Assembly (NCBI RefSeq): GCF_004010195.1
Contig: NC_057711.1
Span: 141,874,395-141,938,394 of the forward strand
Direction of reading: 5' to 3'
Length of the DNA: 64,000 bases
DNA from: Chiloscyllium plagiosum
Taxonomy: Eukaryota
Part shown: one piece after another, positions 1-12,531 of the stretch
Layout: each line of letters opens with the position of its first letter
Numbering within the stretch: the first letter of the stretch is position 1
The notes under the pieces: model-generated
The model's database searches: none
Told to the model about the DNA's origin: nothing
Seen by the model: only the letters and a program-made list of their open reading frames with translations
Program-made: the position numbers and the translations under genes

Positions 1-590
1 GCTTTGAGTCCTTTGTGATGGGGGATGGAGGTGTACAGGGACTGGATGTCCATGGTGAAGATGAGGCGTTGGGGACCGGGGAAGCGGAGATCCTGTAGGA
101 GGTGGAGGGCGTGGGTGGTGTTCCGAACGTAGGTGGGGAGTTCTTGGACTAATGGGGACAGGACCGTGTCGAGGTATGCCGAGATGAGTTCGGTGGGGCA
201 GGAGCAGGCTGAGACAATGGGTCGGCCGGGGCAGTCAGGTTTGTGGATTTTGGGCAGGAGGTAGAAACGGGCGGTGCGGGGTTGTGGGACTATGAGGTTG
301 GAGGCGGTGGATGGGAGATCCCCTGAGGTGATGAGGTTCGGGATGGTCTGGGAGATGATGGTTTGGTGGTGGGATGGTCAAGGGGGCAGTAGGAGGAGGT
401 GTCCACGAGCTGGCGTTTAGCCTCAGCAGTGTAAAGGTTGGTGCGCCAAACTACTACCGCGTCTGCCTTGTCTGCTGGTTTGATAATGAGGTTGGGGTTG
501 GAACGGAGGGAGTGGAGGGCTGCACGTTCCGAGGGTGAGAGGTTGGAGTGGGTGAGAGGGGTGGAGAAGTTGAGGCGGTTATGGCCAAAG
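1..590 (-). mobile_element. Penelope-like element (Neptune-type) reverse transcriptase fragment
   Basis: Minus-strand translation ...PRTARFYLLPKIHKPDCPGRPIVSACSCPTELISAYLD...LIFTMDIQSLYTSIP matches PLE RT N-terminal motifs; runs off the window edge. Confidence 0.85.
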
Positions 591-654
591 TTAATTGTAA
601 TAGTTCACCATACAAGCTTCAGATTATCACTGAGTCAAACAAGAGAAAAAGAGA

Positions 655-752
655 AACAAAAACAGAAATTACTGGAAAGGTTCAGCAGGTCTGGCAGCAT
701 CTGTGGAGAATAATCAGAGTTAACATTTTGGGTCCAGTGACCCTTCTACAGA
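655..752 (-). mobile_element. PLE terminal-repeat remnant with decayed hammerhead-like core
   Basis: Minus strand CTGTAGA-AGGGTC-ACTG-GACCC-AAAATGTT followed by the CACAGATGCTGCCAGACCTGCTG tail seen in other copies in this window. Confidence 0.6.
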
Positions 753-1218
753 GTAGAAAAAGAGAACTAAATCTCACAATCACATCCTGCCAACAAAAGT
801 TCTTGAAATGGTATTGCCGCAGGCAATTTATTCTGTCAATTTTGGAAATACTAGGATGAGTGGCACCGTAACCTATGACGTGATAACTTGCTTTTCCTAT
901 TTGTGGTTCCCACGTCTGAAACGTTAATTGAAAACACAAGTTACTCCCATGTGACAATATAGTACATCGTAGCCACTGAGGTTTGGCTCTGTGTACATTT
1001 AATTTGTAGTTCAGGACTAGACCTGTAGACACAGAAGTTTAACTAATCAGTTTGCTTTTGGTCAGATATACTTGGATTTAACAGCCAAAGACTCAGGGCA
1101 CACTTGCAGACTCTGGGGCTCAAAATATGACAAAAGAGAAAAGATTTCCAAGGATACAATTCTGTGAGATTCCACACCTTCCACAAAAATGTATGATACT
1201 TGCCTCATTTTGGATTAT

Positions 1219-1411
1219 GGCTGGAAATGTGTTGCTGGAAAAGCGCAGCAGGTCAGGCAGCATCCAGGGAACAGGAGAATCGACGTTTCGGGCATAAGCC
1301 CTTCTTCAGGAACGTCGATTCTCCTGTTCCCTGGATGCTGCCTGACCTGCTGCGCTTTTCCAGCAACACATTTTCAGCTCTGATCTCCAGCATCTGCAGA
1401 CCTCACTTTCT
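1219..1411. mobile_element. Short palindromic PLE-derived insertion with 16-bp TSD
   Basis: Perfect 63-bp inverted arms 1225-1287 and 1311-1373; direct repeat CCTCATTTTGGATTAT at 1203-1218 and 1412-1427. Confidence 0.85.
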
Positions 1412-1454
1412 CCTCATTTTGGATTATTCCAAGACTAAAGTCTGTGTTAGAGAA

Positions 1455-1720
1455 AACAAAAAGCGCTGGAAATACCAAATAGGTCAAGTAGTAACTATCG
1501 ACCTTTCGGGCAAATGCCCTTCATCAGGAATAAAAAAATAGCTTTTTTATTCCTGATGAAGGGCTTTTGCCCGAAACATCGATTTCTAAGCTCCTTGGAT
1601 ACTGCCTGAACTGCTGTGCTCTTCCAGCACCACTAATCCAGAATCTGGTTTCCAGCATCTGCAGTCATTGTTTTTATCAAGCAGTAACTATGAAGAGAGA
1701 AACAGAGTTAACAATTTGGA
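1455..1720. mobile_element. Back-to-back PLE terminal repeats carrying two hammerhead-like cores
   Basis: Inverted repeat 1504-1576 (TTTCGGGCAAATGCCCTTCATCAGGAATAAAAAA ... TTTTTTATTCCTGATGAAGGGCTTTTGCCCGAAA), followed by the typical tail. Confidence 0.75.
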
Positions 1721-2267
1721 TTGATCGGGGAATAGCTGAGACATTTTACAGGTTTAAAGCAAGCAAGGGGAAGATGCATGGCAGAGAAGAAAAGGGGAGG
1801 TCTCTGACAGGAAAGAATATAAGGAAGATTAAATGACCAAAGAGTTGGTGGCACAGAGCCAAAGGATGTTCAAAGGGACAAGTAAAGAAACAAAAGCTGT
1901 GACTCGGAGTGGTGTGAATGGCAGAATGATGAACAGCCACCATCCAAAATCAAAAACAAAAGAAAAACAAGAGTGAATGAATATATGTTAATAACCTATC
2001 CCCAAAATAGAGGCAGAGTATTTGAGGAAGTGAAGTGATAAAGATGAACCATGTGAAGGTGAAAGAAGGTTGGAATTTGAAAGAAAAGTTGATAAGCTGT
2101 CCATTTAAGAGCAACAGCAGGAAGTGGCACCAACATAGCCATTAAAGTATACTATTATACTTGATGTTATATAAATGCACTGAACATTGCATATTCCAGA
2201 GTGCACTTATACCACTGTGCAACATTAATTCATACAGCACAGTTATCTATGGATGTAAAAGCAGAAC

Positions 2268-3035
2268 TCATAGTCATAGAGTCATAGAGATGTACAGACC
2301 CTTCGGTCCAACCTGTCCATACCGACCAGATATCCCAACCCAATCTAGTCCCACCTGCCAGCACCCGGCCCATATCCTTCCAAATCCTTCCTATTCATAT
2401 GCCCGTCCAAATGCCTTTTAAATGTTGCAATTGTACTAGCCTCCTCCACTTCCTCTGGCAGCTCATTTCATACATGCATCACCTTTGCAAGAAAAGTTGC
2501 CCCTTAGGTCTCCTTTATATCTTTTCCCTCTCACCCTAAACCTATGCCCTCTAGTTCTGGATTCCCCGACCCCAGGGAAAATACTTTGTCTATTTATCCT
2601 ATCTATGATACTCTGACCAATAAAGGAAAGCATACCAAATGCCTTCTTCACTATCCTATCTACCTGTGAGTCTACTTTCAAGGACCTATAAACCTGCACT
2701 CCAAGGTCTCTTTGTTCAGCAACACTCCCTAGGACCTTACCATTAAGTGTATAAGTCCTGCTAAGATTTGCTTTCCCAAAATGCAGCACCTCGCATCTAT
2801 GTGAACTAAACTCGATCTGCTACTTCTCAGCCCATTGGCCCATCTGGTCTAGATCCTGTTGTAATCTGAGGTAACCCTCTTCGCTGTCCACTACACCTCC
2901 AATTGTGGTGTCATCTGCAAACTTACTAACTGTACCTCTTATGCTCGCATCCAAATCATTTATGTAAATGACAAAAGGTAGAGGTCCCAGCACCGATCCT
3001 TGTGGCACTCCACTGGTCACAGGCCTCCAGTCTGA
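2268..3035 (-). mobile_element. HER1/CR1 LINE 3' fragment with internal deletion
   Basis: RT motifs [26 protein letters not shown]; C-terminal TRGHRFRV; (CATAGAGT)n tail at ~2270-2290. Confidence 0.9.
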
Positions 3036-4829
3036 ATGTCCCTTTCCATTCCTTTGTAACATGGTGAGAATAATATCAATAATTTGAAATCTGAAGTCAA
3101 CCATTAAGCTGCTTTATTTCTCTGGCTGCAGTGAACTTACAGGACAGTTACAATCAAACCCTACTTGTTTCCCTCTATTTATTTTCTCCATAAAACATGA
3201 AGAACAGGACTAAAGCATACACCCAATCCAAGAACATTTTCTGGCTTTGCTTTCGTGTCTTTGGCATTCTACCCACATTTTATAACAACTATTAAATAAA
3301 ACTCTGTCTTACCTTCCAACTCCAGGCTCAGGAATGCACCTTACAATCTTTTGTTTAAACTTGATTAACTTTATGTATAGCTGATATATATCTGGTTTAG
3401 AAATTGATTGTTGCCAAGCTTACAAGCAATGCCAGATATTCCATTTGGCAAAATCAAACAGGAGTCTCACGATTGAGACTTAAATCTACTTTTCACTCAG
3501 CAACAAACATACAATCCTCTGAGCCACGTCTCATGTGTATGTCTTAAAGCCTGATGATTCTTTCCTCTTCCATTCATGTAAGTACACATTGCTGTCACTG
3601 AGCATCAATGGGGGAGGGATTGAATGCATATGTTGATGGATGGAATAGCATTCTTTGTCCTGGGTGTTTCTTATATTCGGCGTTGTATTCAGGCAGCTGG
3701 AGAGTGTTCCATCATACTCCTGCCTTGTTATTCATGGACAGCTTTAGGGAAAAAGAGTTGAGTTATTTGTTTAATGTGGGTTCATCTATTCAAATAAGCC
3801 CAGACTACATCTCCTTCAACAAACAGATTTATTAACAATATTTACCCAATGACTTTGCAGCAAGCATTTCTCTCTTGAATAACAGCAGATTGTCTATCAC
3901 ATGATTATAGAAGTAACAGTTACATCACTGAGGTTCATCTGCATCTACATTAAATCCTGTCTCTACACTTGTACATTTTCAGGTTCCCTTATTAACTGCG
4001 AGTATTTTCCTAACATTATTGACTTAAAACATTTAACATAAGAGTATTTCTAACCCTACCATCGCCTGCAAAGTCAGATGTTCACATTTTCAACCATCTG
4101 TGGTGACCTCACAGTTCACCCAAACCTTGTCATGGAATGAAAGTGTGATGGTCTTTGGGCTGACTTCAAATCATCAGAATCTCTGGGCACTTTTACTAAA
4201 GTAGATCATCATTATTGTGTTGAAGGACTTTCCTACATGCATGGGGTTAATTGCTTTCTGTGATTTCACACAATCTGCAAGGTCTCAAGCTGCCTGTTGA
4301 CAATTGAAAAATCATTCCAAAAGCCTTGTACAGGTGAGTGTACTGTCACTTCTATCGTGTAACCTCACGTCAGTGATTCTTCGTGACTACTGCTTGTCAC
4401 ACAAGTTGGCATCATTGTTGCAGAGGTGGAAGAATAGTGTTCAACTTGCTCTTGAAGAAAATCAGTGGGATCTTGATGTATTGCAGTAACGTTTGGAGAA
4501 ATGGGTACCACAGAGCTTCCTTCTTGAAATGTGGAACCAGGCCTGACCATGATATCTTCTCTATTTCACCTTCTGGGTATGTACCCTGGCTAGGAGCTTC
4601 GATCAGAAATAGGCTGACAGAATTCCTCACAGAATAGAATTAACTCATCAACTTGATATGAAGTGTCTTGTGCTAGCCAAAGAAGTTGCATGGAAGACTG
4701 CCAAGTCAGAGTAATAAGATGTAAATAAGCTCATTAATAACTGAATAACCGTAATCAACGAGTACACTATTTAACTAGTAGTGTTCTGTCTCTAAGATCT
4801 TAGAACCTGATTCCTGATAGATGAACATG

Positions 4830-5680
4830 TACATATCCCAAACTTGCCATTCATCAACCCAAGTCCATGCCTGAATGTTGTCTAGGTGTTGCTGTACCTG
4901 TTTCAGTACCTGGAGGGTTGTGGATGGTCCTGTACATTATGCAGTCATTGGCAAGCATCCCCACTCCTGACATCATGTTGGAGGGATGATCATTGGTGAA
5001 GCAGCTGAAGGTGACTGGGCCTAGGATGCTATCCTGAGGAACACCTGCAGTGATAGCCTAGGACTGAAATGATTGCCCTACGTAAACTACAACCATTTTC
5101 TTTTGTGCCAGTTTTGAGTCTATCCAATGGAGAGATTTTCCCCAAATCCCATTAATTTCAGTTTTGCTAGAGCTCATTGATACTACACTTGGACAAGTAT
5201 TGTCTTCATATCGCAGTTCACCACATGAGTTCAGTTCTTTTGTCCATGTTTGAATCAAGGCTGTAATCAGGTCTCGAAATGAATAGCCCCACTGAAAGCC
5301 AAACTGAGCAGAAGTGAGCAGTTTAGGATATCTGGTCAGCATGGACGAGTTGGACCGAAGGGTCTGTTTACTTGCTGTACATCTATATAATTCTATAAGT
5401 GCCACTTATGAGTATCATCAACAGCAACTTCCATATCTAATGTTGATGAGTAGACTGATGGGGCTGTCATTGGTCTGGATGGATTTGCCCCACATTTTAT
5501 GTACAGGGTATATATACCTGGATAATGTCAATGCCAGCAAATTAGCTGTACTGGAACAGCATGGAAAATGATATGGTCAGCTCTGAAAACAAGTCTTCGG
5601 TACTATTGCCAGAATATTGTCAGTACCCATAGCTTTTGCAGCATCCAGTGCCTTCATTTCTTGTTATCATGCAGAGTGAA
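4830..5680 (-). mobile_element. Old CR1/L2-superclade LINE RT fragment, with a short HER1 tail inserted at ~5325-5400
   Basis: Decayed RT peptides AQFGF..DLITALIQTWTKEL and GKSLHWIDSKLAQKKMVVV. Confidence 0.7.
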
Positions 5681-6044
5681 TTTTTACAACTGAATTGCGA
5701 CAAGTCATCAGACAGCAACCCCCTCCCCCAATACCCACTACTTCTACCACCAAGAATGACAAAAGCAGCAAGCAAATAGCACAATCACCAACTGCAACTT
5801 CCCTATTAGCCACACACAAACCCAATTAGAACTATCACCATTCCTTCATGATCACTGATTCAAGATGGTGGAAGTGGTGTAGACAGCGTTCGGGCTCCTC
5901 AGCCCCGGCCTCATTCATTCGTCTGCTTTTTCTTGTTTTCTCCTTTTCCTCTCTTTTTTTTAAGTAGGATTTTAAAGTCTTTTTTATAAGAACACTTATT
6001 TGGAATGGGCGGGAGGCCTGGGGTAGACTGGATGCCTTGTGCTA

Positions 6045-8500
6045 TGTGGAGTGGGCTGGAGGCATAAGTAGTATGGAGTGAACTGGAGGCATGAGCAGTG
6101 TGGAGTGGGCTGGAGGCATGAGCAGTGTGGAGTGGGCTGGAGGCATGAGCAGTGTGGAGTGGGCTGGAGGCATGAGCAGTGTGGAGTGGGCTGGAGGCAT
6201 GAGCAGTGTGGAGTGGGCTGGAGGCATGAGCAGTGTGGAGTGGGCTGGAGGCATGAGCAGTGTGGAGTGGGCTGGAGGCATGAGCAGTGTGGAGTGGGNN
6301 NNNNNNNNNNNNNNNNNNNNNNNNNNNNNNNNNNNNNNNNNNNNNNNNNNNNNNNNNNNNNNNNNNNNNNNNNNNNNNNNNNNNNNNNNNNNNNNNNNNN
6401 NNNNNNNNNNNNNNNNNNNNNNNNNNNNNNNNNNNNNNNNNNNNNNNNNNNNNNNNNNNNNNNNNNNNNNNNNNNNNNNNNNNNNNNNNNNNNNNNNNNN
6501 NNNNNNNNNNNNNNNNNNNNNNNNNNNNNNNNNNNNNNNNNNNNNNNNNNNNNNNNNNNNNNNNNNNNNNNNNNNNNNNNNNNNNNNNNNNNNNNNNNNN
6601 NNNNNNNNNNNNNNNNNNNNNNNNNNNNNNNNNNNNNNNNNNNNNNNNNNNNNNNNNNNNNNNNNNNNNNNNNNNNNNNNNNNNNNNNNNNNNNNNNNNN
6701 NNNNNNNNNNNNNNNNNNNNNNNNNNNNNNNNNNNNNNNNNNNNNNNNNNNNNNNNNNNNNNNNNNNNNNNNNNNNNNNNNNNNNNNNNNNNNNNNNNNN
6801 NNNNNNNNNNNNNNNNNNNNNNNNNNNNNNNNNNNNNNNNNNNNNNNNNNNNNNNNNNNNNNNNNNNNNNNNNNNNNNNNNNNNNNNNNNNNNNNNNNNN
6901 NNNNNNNNNNNNNNNNNNNNNNNNNNNNNNNNNNNNNNNNNNNNNNNNNNNNNNNNNNNATGAGCAGTGTGGAGTGGGCCAGAGGCATGATTGGTGTGGA
7001 GTGGGCCAGTGGCATGAGTGGTGTGGAGTGGGCTGGAGGCATGAGCAGTGTGGAGTGGGCCAGAGGCAAGAATGGTGTGGAGTGGGCCAAAGGCATGAGC
7101 AGTGTGGAGTGGGTCAGAGGCATGAATGGTGTGGAGTGGGCCAGAGGCATGAGCAGTGTGGAGTGGGCCAGAGGCATGATTGGTGTGGAGTGGGCCAGTG
7201 GCATGAGTGGTGTGGAGTGGGCTGGAGGCATGAGCAGTGTGGAGTGGGCCAGAGGCAAGAATGGTGTGGAGTGGGCCAGATGCATGAGCAGAGTGGAGTG
7301 GGCCAGAGGCATGAGCAGAGTGGAGTGGGCCAGAGGCATGAATGGTGTGGAGTGGGCCAGAGGCATGAGCTATGTGGAGTGGGCCAGAAGCATGAGTGGT
7401 GTGGAGTGGGCCAGAGGCATGAATGGTGTGGAGTGGGCCACAGGCATGGGCAGAGTGGAGTGGGCCAGAGGCATGAATGGTGTGGAGTGGGCCAGAGGCA
7501 TGAGCAGTGTGGAGTGGGCCAGAGGCATGAGTGGTGTGGAGTGGGCCAGAGGCATGAATGGTGTGGAGTGGGCCAGAGGCATGAGCAGTGTGGAGTGGCT
7601 AGAGGTATGAATGGTGTGGAATGGACCAGAGGCATGAGCAGTGTGGAGTGGCTAGAGGTATGAATGGTGTGGAGTGGACCAGAGGCATGAGCAGTGTGGA
7701 GTGGGTCAGAGGCATGAATGGTGTGGTGTGGGCCAGAGGCATGAATGGTGTGGTGTGGGCCAGAGGCATGAATGGTGTGGAGTGGGCCAGAGGAATGAGC
7801 AGTGTGGAGTGGGCCAGAGGCATGAATGGTGTGGCGTGGGCCAGAGGCATGAATGGTGTGGAGTGGGCCAGAGGCATGAGCAGTATGGAGTGGGCCAGAG
7901 GCATGAGCAGTGTGGAGTGGGCCAGAGGCATGAGCAGTGTGGGGTGGGCCAGAGGCATGAATGGTGCGGAGTGGGCCAGAGGCATGAGCAGTGTGTGGTG
8001 GGCCAGAGGCATGAGCAGTGCGGAATGGGCCAGAGGCATGAATGGTGTGGAGTGGGCCAGAGGTATGAATGGTGTGGAGTGGGCCAGAGGCATGAGCAGA
8101 GTGGAGTGGGCCAGAGGCATGAGCGGTGTGGAGTGGGCCAGAGGCATGAGTGGTGTGGAGTGGGCCAGAGGGTAGACCAGTGTGGAGTGGGCCAGAGGCA
8201 TGAATGGTGTGGAGTGGGCCAGAGGCATGAGCAGAGTGGAGTGGGCTAGAGGCATGAGCAGAGTGGAGTGGGCCAGAGGCATGAGTGGTGTGGTGTAGGC
8301 CAGAGGCATGAGCAGTGTCGGATGGGCCAGAGGCATGAGCAGTGTGGAGTGGGCCAGAGGCATGAATGGTGTGGAGTTGGCCAGAGGCATGAGCAGAGTG
8401 GAGTATGCCAGAGGCGTGAGTGGTGTGGTGTGGGCCAGAGGCATGAGCAGTGTGGAGTGGGCTGGAAGCATGAGTGGTGTGGAGTGGGTTGGAGGCATGG
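6045..8500. repeat. 27-bp G-rich minisatellite, consensus GGCATGAGCAGTGTGGAGTGGGCCAGA
   Basis: Tandem units directly visible; contains an N gap at 6299-6959; variant units AATGGT/AGTGGT/AGCAGT. Confidence 0.97.
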
Positions 8501-8517
8501 AGCAGTGGTGGACAGTT

Positions 8518-8822
8518 TAGATTAGATTAGAATACTTACAGTGTGGAAACAGGCCCGTCAGGCCAACAAGTCCACATCGACCCGCCGAAGTGCAACCCAC
8601 CCAAAGCCATTCCCCTACATTTACCCCTTCACCTAATACTATGGGCAATTTAGCCTGGCCAATTCACCTAACTTGCACATTTTTGGATTGTGGGAGGAAA
8701 CCAGAGCACCCGGTGAAAACCCACACAGACACAGGGAGAATGTGCAAACTCCACACCGAGAGTCACCTGAGGTGGGAATTGAACCCAGGTCTCTGGTGCT
8801 GTGAGGCAGCAGTGCTAACCAC
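8518..8822 (-). mobile_element. HE1-type V-SINE, slightly 5'-truncated
   Basis: tRNA-like head, V-domain and HER1-derived tail with (TCTAA)n; 9-bp TSD TGGACAGTT at 8509-8517 and 8823-8831. Confidence 0.9.
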
Positions 8823-10391
8823 TGGACAGTTGTTGGACTGGGGTCTGGTACAGGTGGTCAGCAGCTTCCAAGGTTGGTCAGACCACATTTGGAAGGTCCT
8901 GTGCTGATTACTGCAATGTAATGTCTATCTGTAATCTTTTTATCTGACTGTAATGTTCATCCTTATAACAATTTTTGTAATTTATACTATGAATTATGGA
9001 AATGCAACTTTTTTTCTTTTTTACTCCTCTTTTTGAATCTAAGAGTTGTACCTAGGTACATCGTACCTAAGATGGTGCCATGAGAGGCGACATTGTTAAC
9101 CTTTCACTGTACTCCTGTACTTCTGTACTTGAATACATATGACAATAAAACCTAATTCTAATTCACTGGGTCAAAATCCTTCACTAACACTGTGAATGCA
9201 TGTATGCCACAAAGACTGCAGCACTTCAGGAAGACAGTTCACCACAATCTTCCTAAGGGCAATCATGGATGAGCAATAATTGCTGACACGGCCAGAGATG
9301 CCCTTAGTGAACAAATTAACTGGGAATAAAGATCTCTTATTACAACAAAGAAAATCTTAATACAGTAAATGCTTTCATCTGTTGCATTTGAAAGTGAAAT
9401 TTCTATTTCTGATGTTAAATCTTTACAATTCAAAGTTATTTTTGGCATTAAGCACTCAGAGGGTAAACTACAACAATGTAAAGTGAAAAATGGCAATAAC
9501 AAATAGGTAATATATCAAAGGGGTAAAATTATAATACAGCAAAAGAGTAAAATTAGAACAACACCAACTCCTATTTATGTAGTCCCTTTAACTAATAAAA
9601 TGTACTTTACAGGATAAGACAGAATAAAATATAATACTGAACATGTAAGGAGATATTAGTACACATGACTAAAGGATTTGGTGTACCAGGTGGGTTTTAA
9701 CAACTATCTAACTGAAAGTAAGGGGCACATACATTGAAGTGCATGCTGTAATATGTATAAAGTTTGAAGGTGTTCTGTAACCTACTAGAGTGAACTTTAT
9801 CCTTCAATGTTAAGGCTTACTTCCCATATATGAGTTTGAAATAAATGGTTGTCACCTGTTTTCCTGAAGTCCTTTTATCAGTTTGTTGATTCGCCCCCAC
9901 AACAAGATTGATAGGATTTTGGTTTGAGTTAGGACATGAACTACAGAGTTTTGAATGATCCCAAGTTCATGGAGGGTTGAACATGAAGGCTGACCGATGG
10001 GGTATTTGAATAGTCAAGTTGAGAGAAAACAAGAATATGGATGAGGGATTCAGCAACAAGTGAACTGAAACAATGGTGAATGTGAACAATGTTATGGAAG
10101 TGAGAATAGAGAGAGTTGGTGATGGCATGAATATGCGTTTGGAAGATTGTCTTGTTGGGGGCAAAATCACCAGTCTCGGATTCAGAATCGGGATTCAGCG
10201 GCAGAGTTTATTGTACAAAGAAACTGGAGCTCTGGGGAGAGGGAGAAACATCTGCCAGCACGGTTGTCAGCTGCGACCCTTCTCTCACCCTTGGAGTACA
10301 TATCACGATATTCTATACAATTCACGGTACAATGGTCCAGATATCGCGTCTTTGTATGCGCAGCATGGTTTGTTTACAGAAAACATTACAG

Positions 10392-10483
10392 CTCTGATGA
10401 AGGACTTTTGCACAAAACGTCAATTTCCTGCTCCTCGGATGCTGCCTGACCTGCTGTGCTTTTCCAGCGCCGCTCTGATCTGG
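10392..10483 (+). mobile_element. 92-bp PLE terminal-repeat insertion with decayed hammerhead core
   Basis: CTGATGAAGGACTTTTGCACAAAACGTC plus tail; TSD ACATTACAG at 10383-10391 and 10484-10492. Confidence 0.75.
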
Positions 10484-11354
10484 ACATTACAGGATCATTG
10501 TCAGTTTCAGCAGTTACAAGCAGTCTCAGGTAATTAACATTTCTATTGAAGGTGGTGGCTGGACTCGGACACTTCGGCAGGCAGTGAGATGTTACTGATG
10601 TGTATTCTGTCTCCCACTTGCCTTAAACTAATTATCTATGTTCTGTGTCTATTGTGCTGGTATCCTGTTGGCCTCAGGCAGTATCTGTGTATGCTTCGCT
10701 GTACTTTTCCATGTACAGTAACGGCTCAGCGGTCATCTTGTGTGCTAAGTGACCAACTTGTGGCTCAGTGGCTATCTTGTGTCTATGTGTCTCCGTGTCA
10801 GCAAGCCCCGTGTCAACTCCCACTTCAGTTGCAAGGTTCAATTCAAAATAGCTTCAGTCTTGTCAATATTTAATTGAAGAAAATTACTGATCATTCAATA
10901 CTGGGTGTCAGATAAGCAGAATGAAAATGTAGAGACTTTGGAGTTGAGAGAGGTGGTGCTGAGGCAGAGCTTGGCGTTAACAGTAGATAACTTACATAAG
11001 AACATAATGAATAGGAGCAGGAGCAGGCTATCTGGCCCGTCAAGCCTGCTCTGTCATTCAGTAAGATTTGGCTTTTTGTGGACTCAGCTCCTCTTAACCA
11101 CCCACTTACAATAACACTTAATCTTTTTAGAATATCACCATGCGGCTATATATAAACAAGAAATATGAGGAGTCTTAAGGAGAAATCCTTGAGGGCCACA
11201 CCAGAGGAAATGGGACTGGGGAGAAAAAACATTGTGGTGGTTCTCTCACTGTAATTCATCAGATGAGAATGGACTAGGCGAGAGCTGTCCCACCCAGTTG
11301 TATGTTGGTGGGGATGTTGCAGGAGGATGGTGTAATGTGGCAAAGGCTGCAGAC

Positions 11355-12531
11355 TTTTTTTAATTTCAAAAATATACTTTATTCATAAAATATTTTGATG
11401 ATCTGTACAATTGGTCATGTCATACATACGTAAACACTCCATTTCTTTGCATACAGAGATCGGAGTTAATCATTTGTATATACAGATCTATACGTTTACC
11501 AATCATATATCTAGCTGAGGTGTCAGCAGAGCCCACTTACTGCGTGGGCCTCCTGTTCTTTGGCAGGCAGACATTACACGGTGGTCTTTCCCCACCGCGC
11601 CTTGGTGGCTGCTGCCCCAAGCTTCAGCGTGTCCCTCAACATGTAGTCCCGGACCTTGGAATGTGCCAGTCCGCAACACTCAGTCGGGGTCAGCTCCTTT
11701 AGCTGGAAGATCAACTGGTTTCGGACAGACCAAAGAGCGTCTTTCACCGAGTTGATGATCCTCCAGGCACAGTTGATGTTCGTCTCGGTGTGCGTCCCGG
11801 GGAACAGACCGTAGAACACGGAGTCCCGCGTCACGGAGCTGTTCAGGACGAACCTCGAGAAACATCACTGCATTTGTGTCCAGACTTCCTTTGCGTAGGC
11901 ACATTCCAGAAGGGGGTGTGTGACAGTCTCGTCCCCTCCGCAGCCACTTCGAGGGCAGCGTGCAGTGTGGCAGAGAGTCAGGGCCTGCATAAAGGATCTC
12001 ACAGGCAGAGTCCTTCTCACCACCAGCCATGCCTTGGTGCTTGTTGGAAAGTTCTGGCAATGAGGCATTCTGACAAATGATTTTGACAGTCTGCCCAGGG
12101 AATTGCTCGATGGGATCCGTCCTGTCCTTTTCCCGAAGAGTCTCAAGGACACTACATGCTGACCACTTTCTAATGGACTTGTGATCAAAGGTGTTTTTCT
12201 TCATAAATTTCTCGAAGAAGGACAGATGATACGGAACGGTCCAACTACTTGGAGCATTCCGTGGCAGCGAGGCCAAGCCAAGCCCATCCTTCGTAACACC
12301 GGGGACAGGTAGAACCTCAGTACGTAGTGACACTTTATGTTTGTGTACCGGGGATCCAAGCACAACTTGATGCAGCCACACACAAATTGGCCATCAGGGT
12401 GAGGGTGGCATTGGGTGTGTTTTTTCCCCCGTTGCCCAGGTCTTTATACATCGAGTCCCTTTGGACCCTGGCCATCTTTGATCTCCAATGGAAGATGGCC
12501 CGGGTGACTGCGACGGCACAGGTCCTGGGAA
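11355..12531 (-). mobile_element. Tx1/L1-clade LINE 3' fragment (frameshifted)
   Basis: C-terminal Cys/His motif CPRSGCGGDETVTHPLLEC; minus-strand AATAAA and A-tract near 11355-11385; possible 7-bp TSD TGCAGAC/TGCAGGC. Confidence 0.8.

Larger units (their letters stand above)
5858..9162 (+). mobile_element. Composite non-autonomous retroposon containing a 27-bp VNTR
   Basis: Interrupts a LINE 3' tail whose halves rejoin (TTCCTTCATGATCACTG|GGTCAAAATCC). TCACTG is duplicated at 5852-5857 and 9163-9168. Starts with ATTCAAGATGG and ends with TTTCACTGTAC...TGACAATAAAACCTAATTCTAAT. Confidence 0.6.

Noticed and set aside
6045-8500. CRISPR-like repeat array
   Set aside because: Units are contiguous with no unique spacers, there are no cas genes, and the context is vertebrate.
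5996-8525. Long repetitive ORFs (MPLAHSTLL, HEQCGVGQR, PTPHCSCLW repeats)
   Set aside because: A 27-bp unit is stop-free in several frames on both strands; units with indels break the frames; no splice or promoter support.
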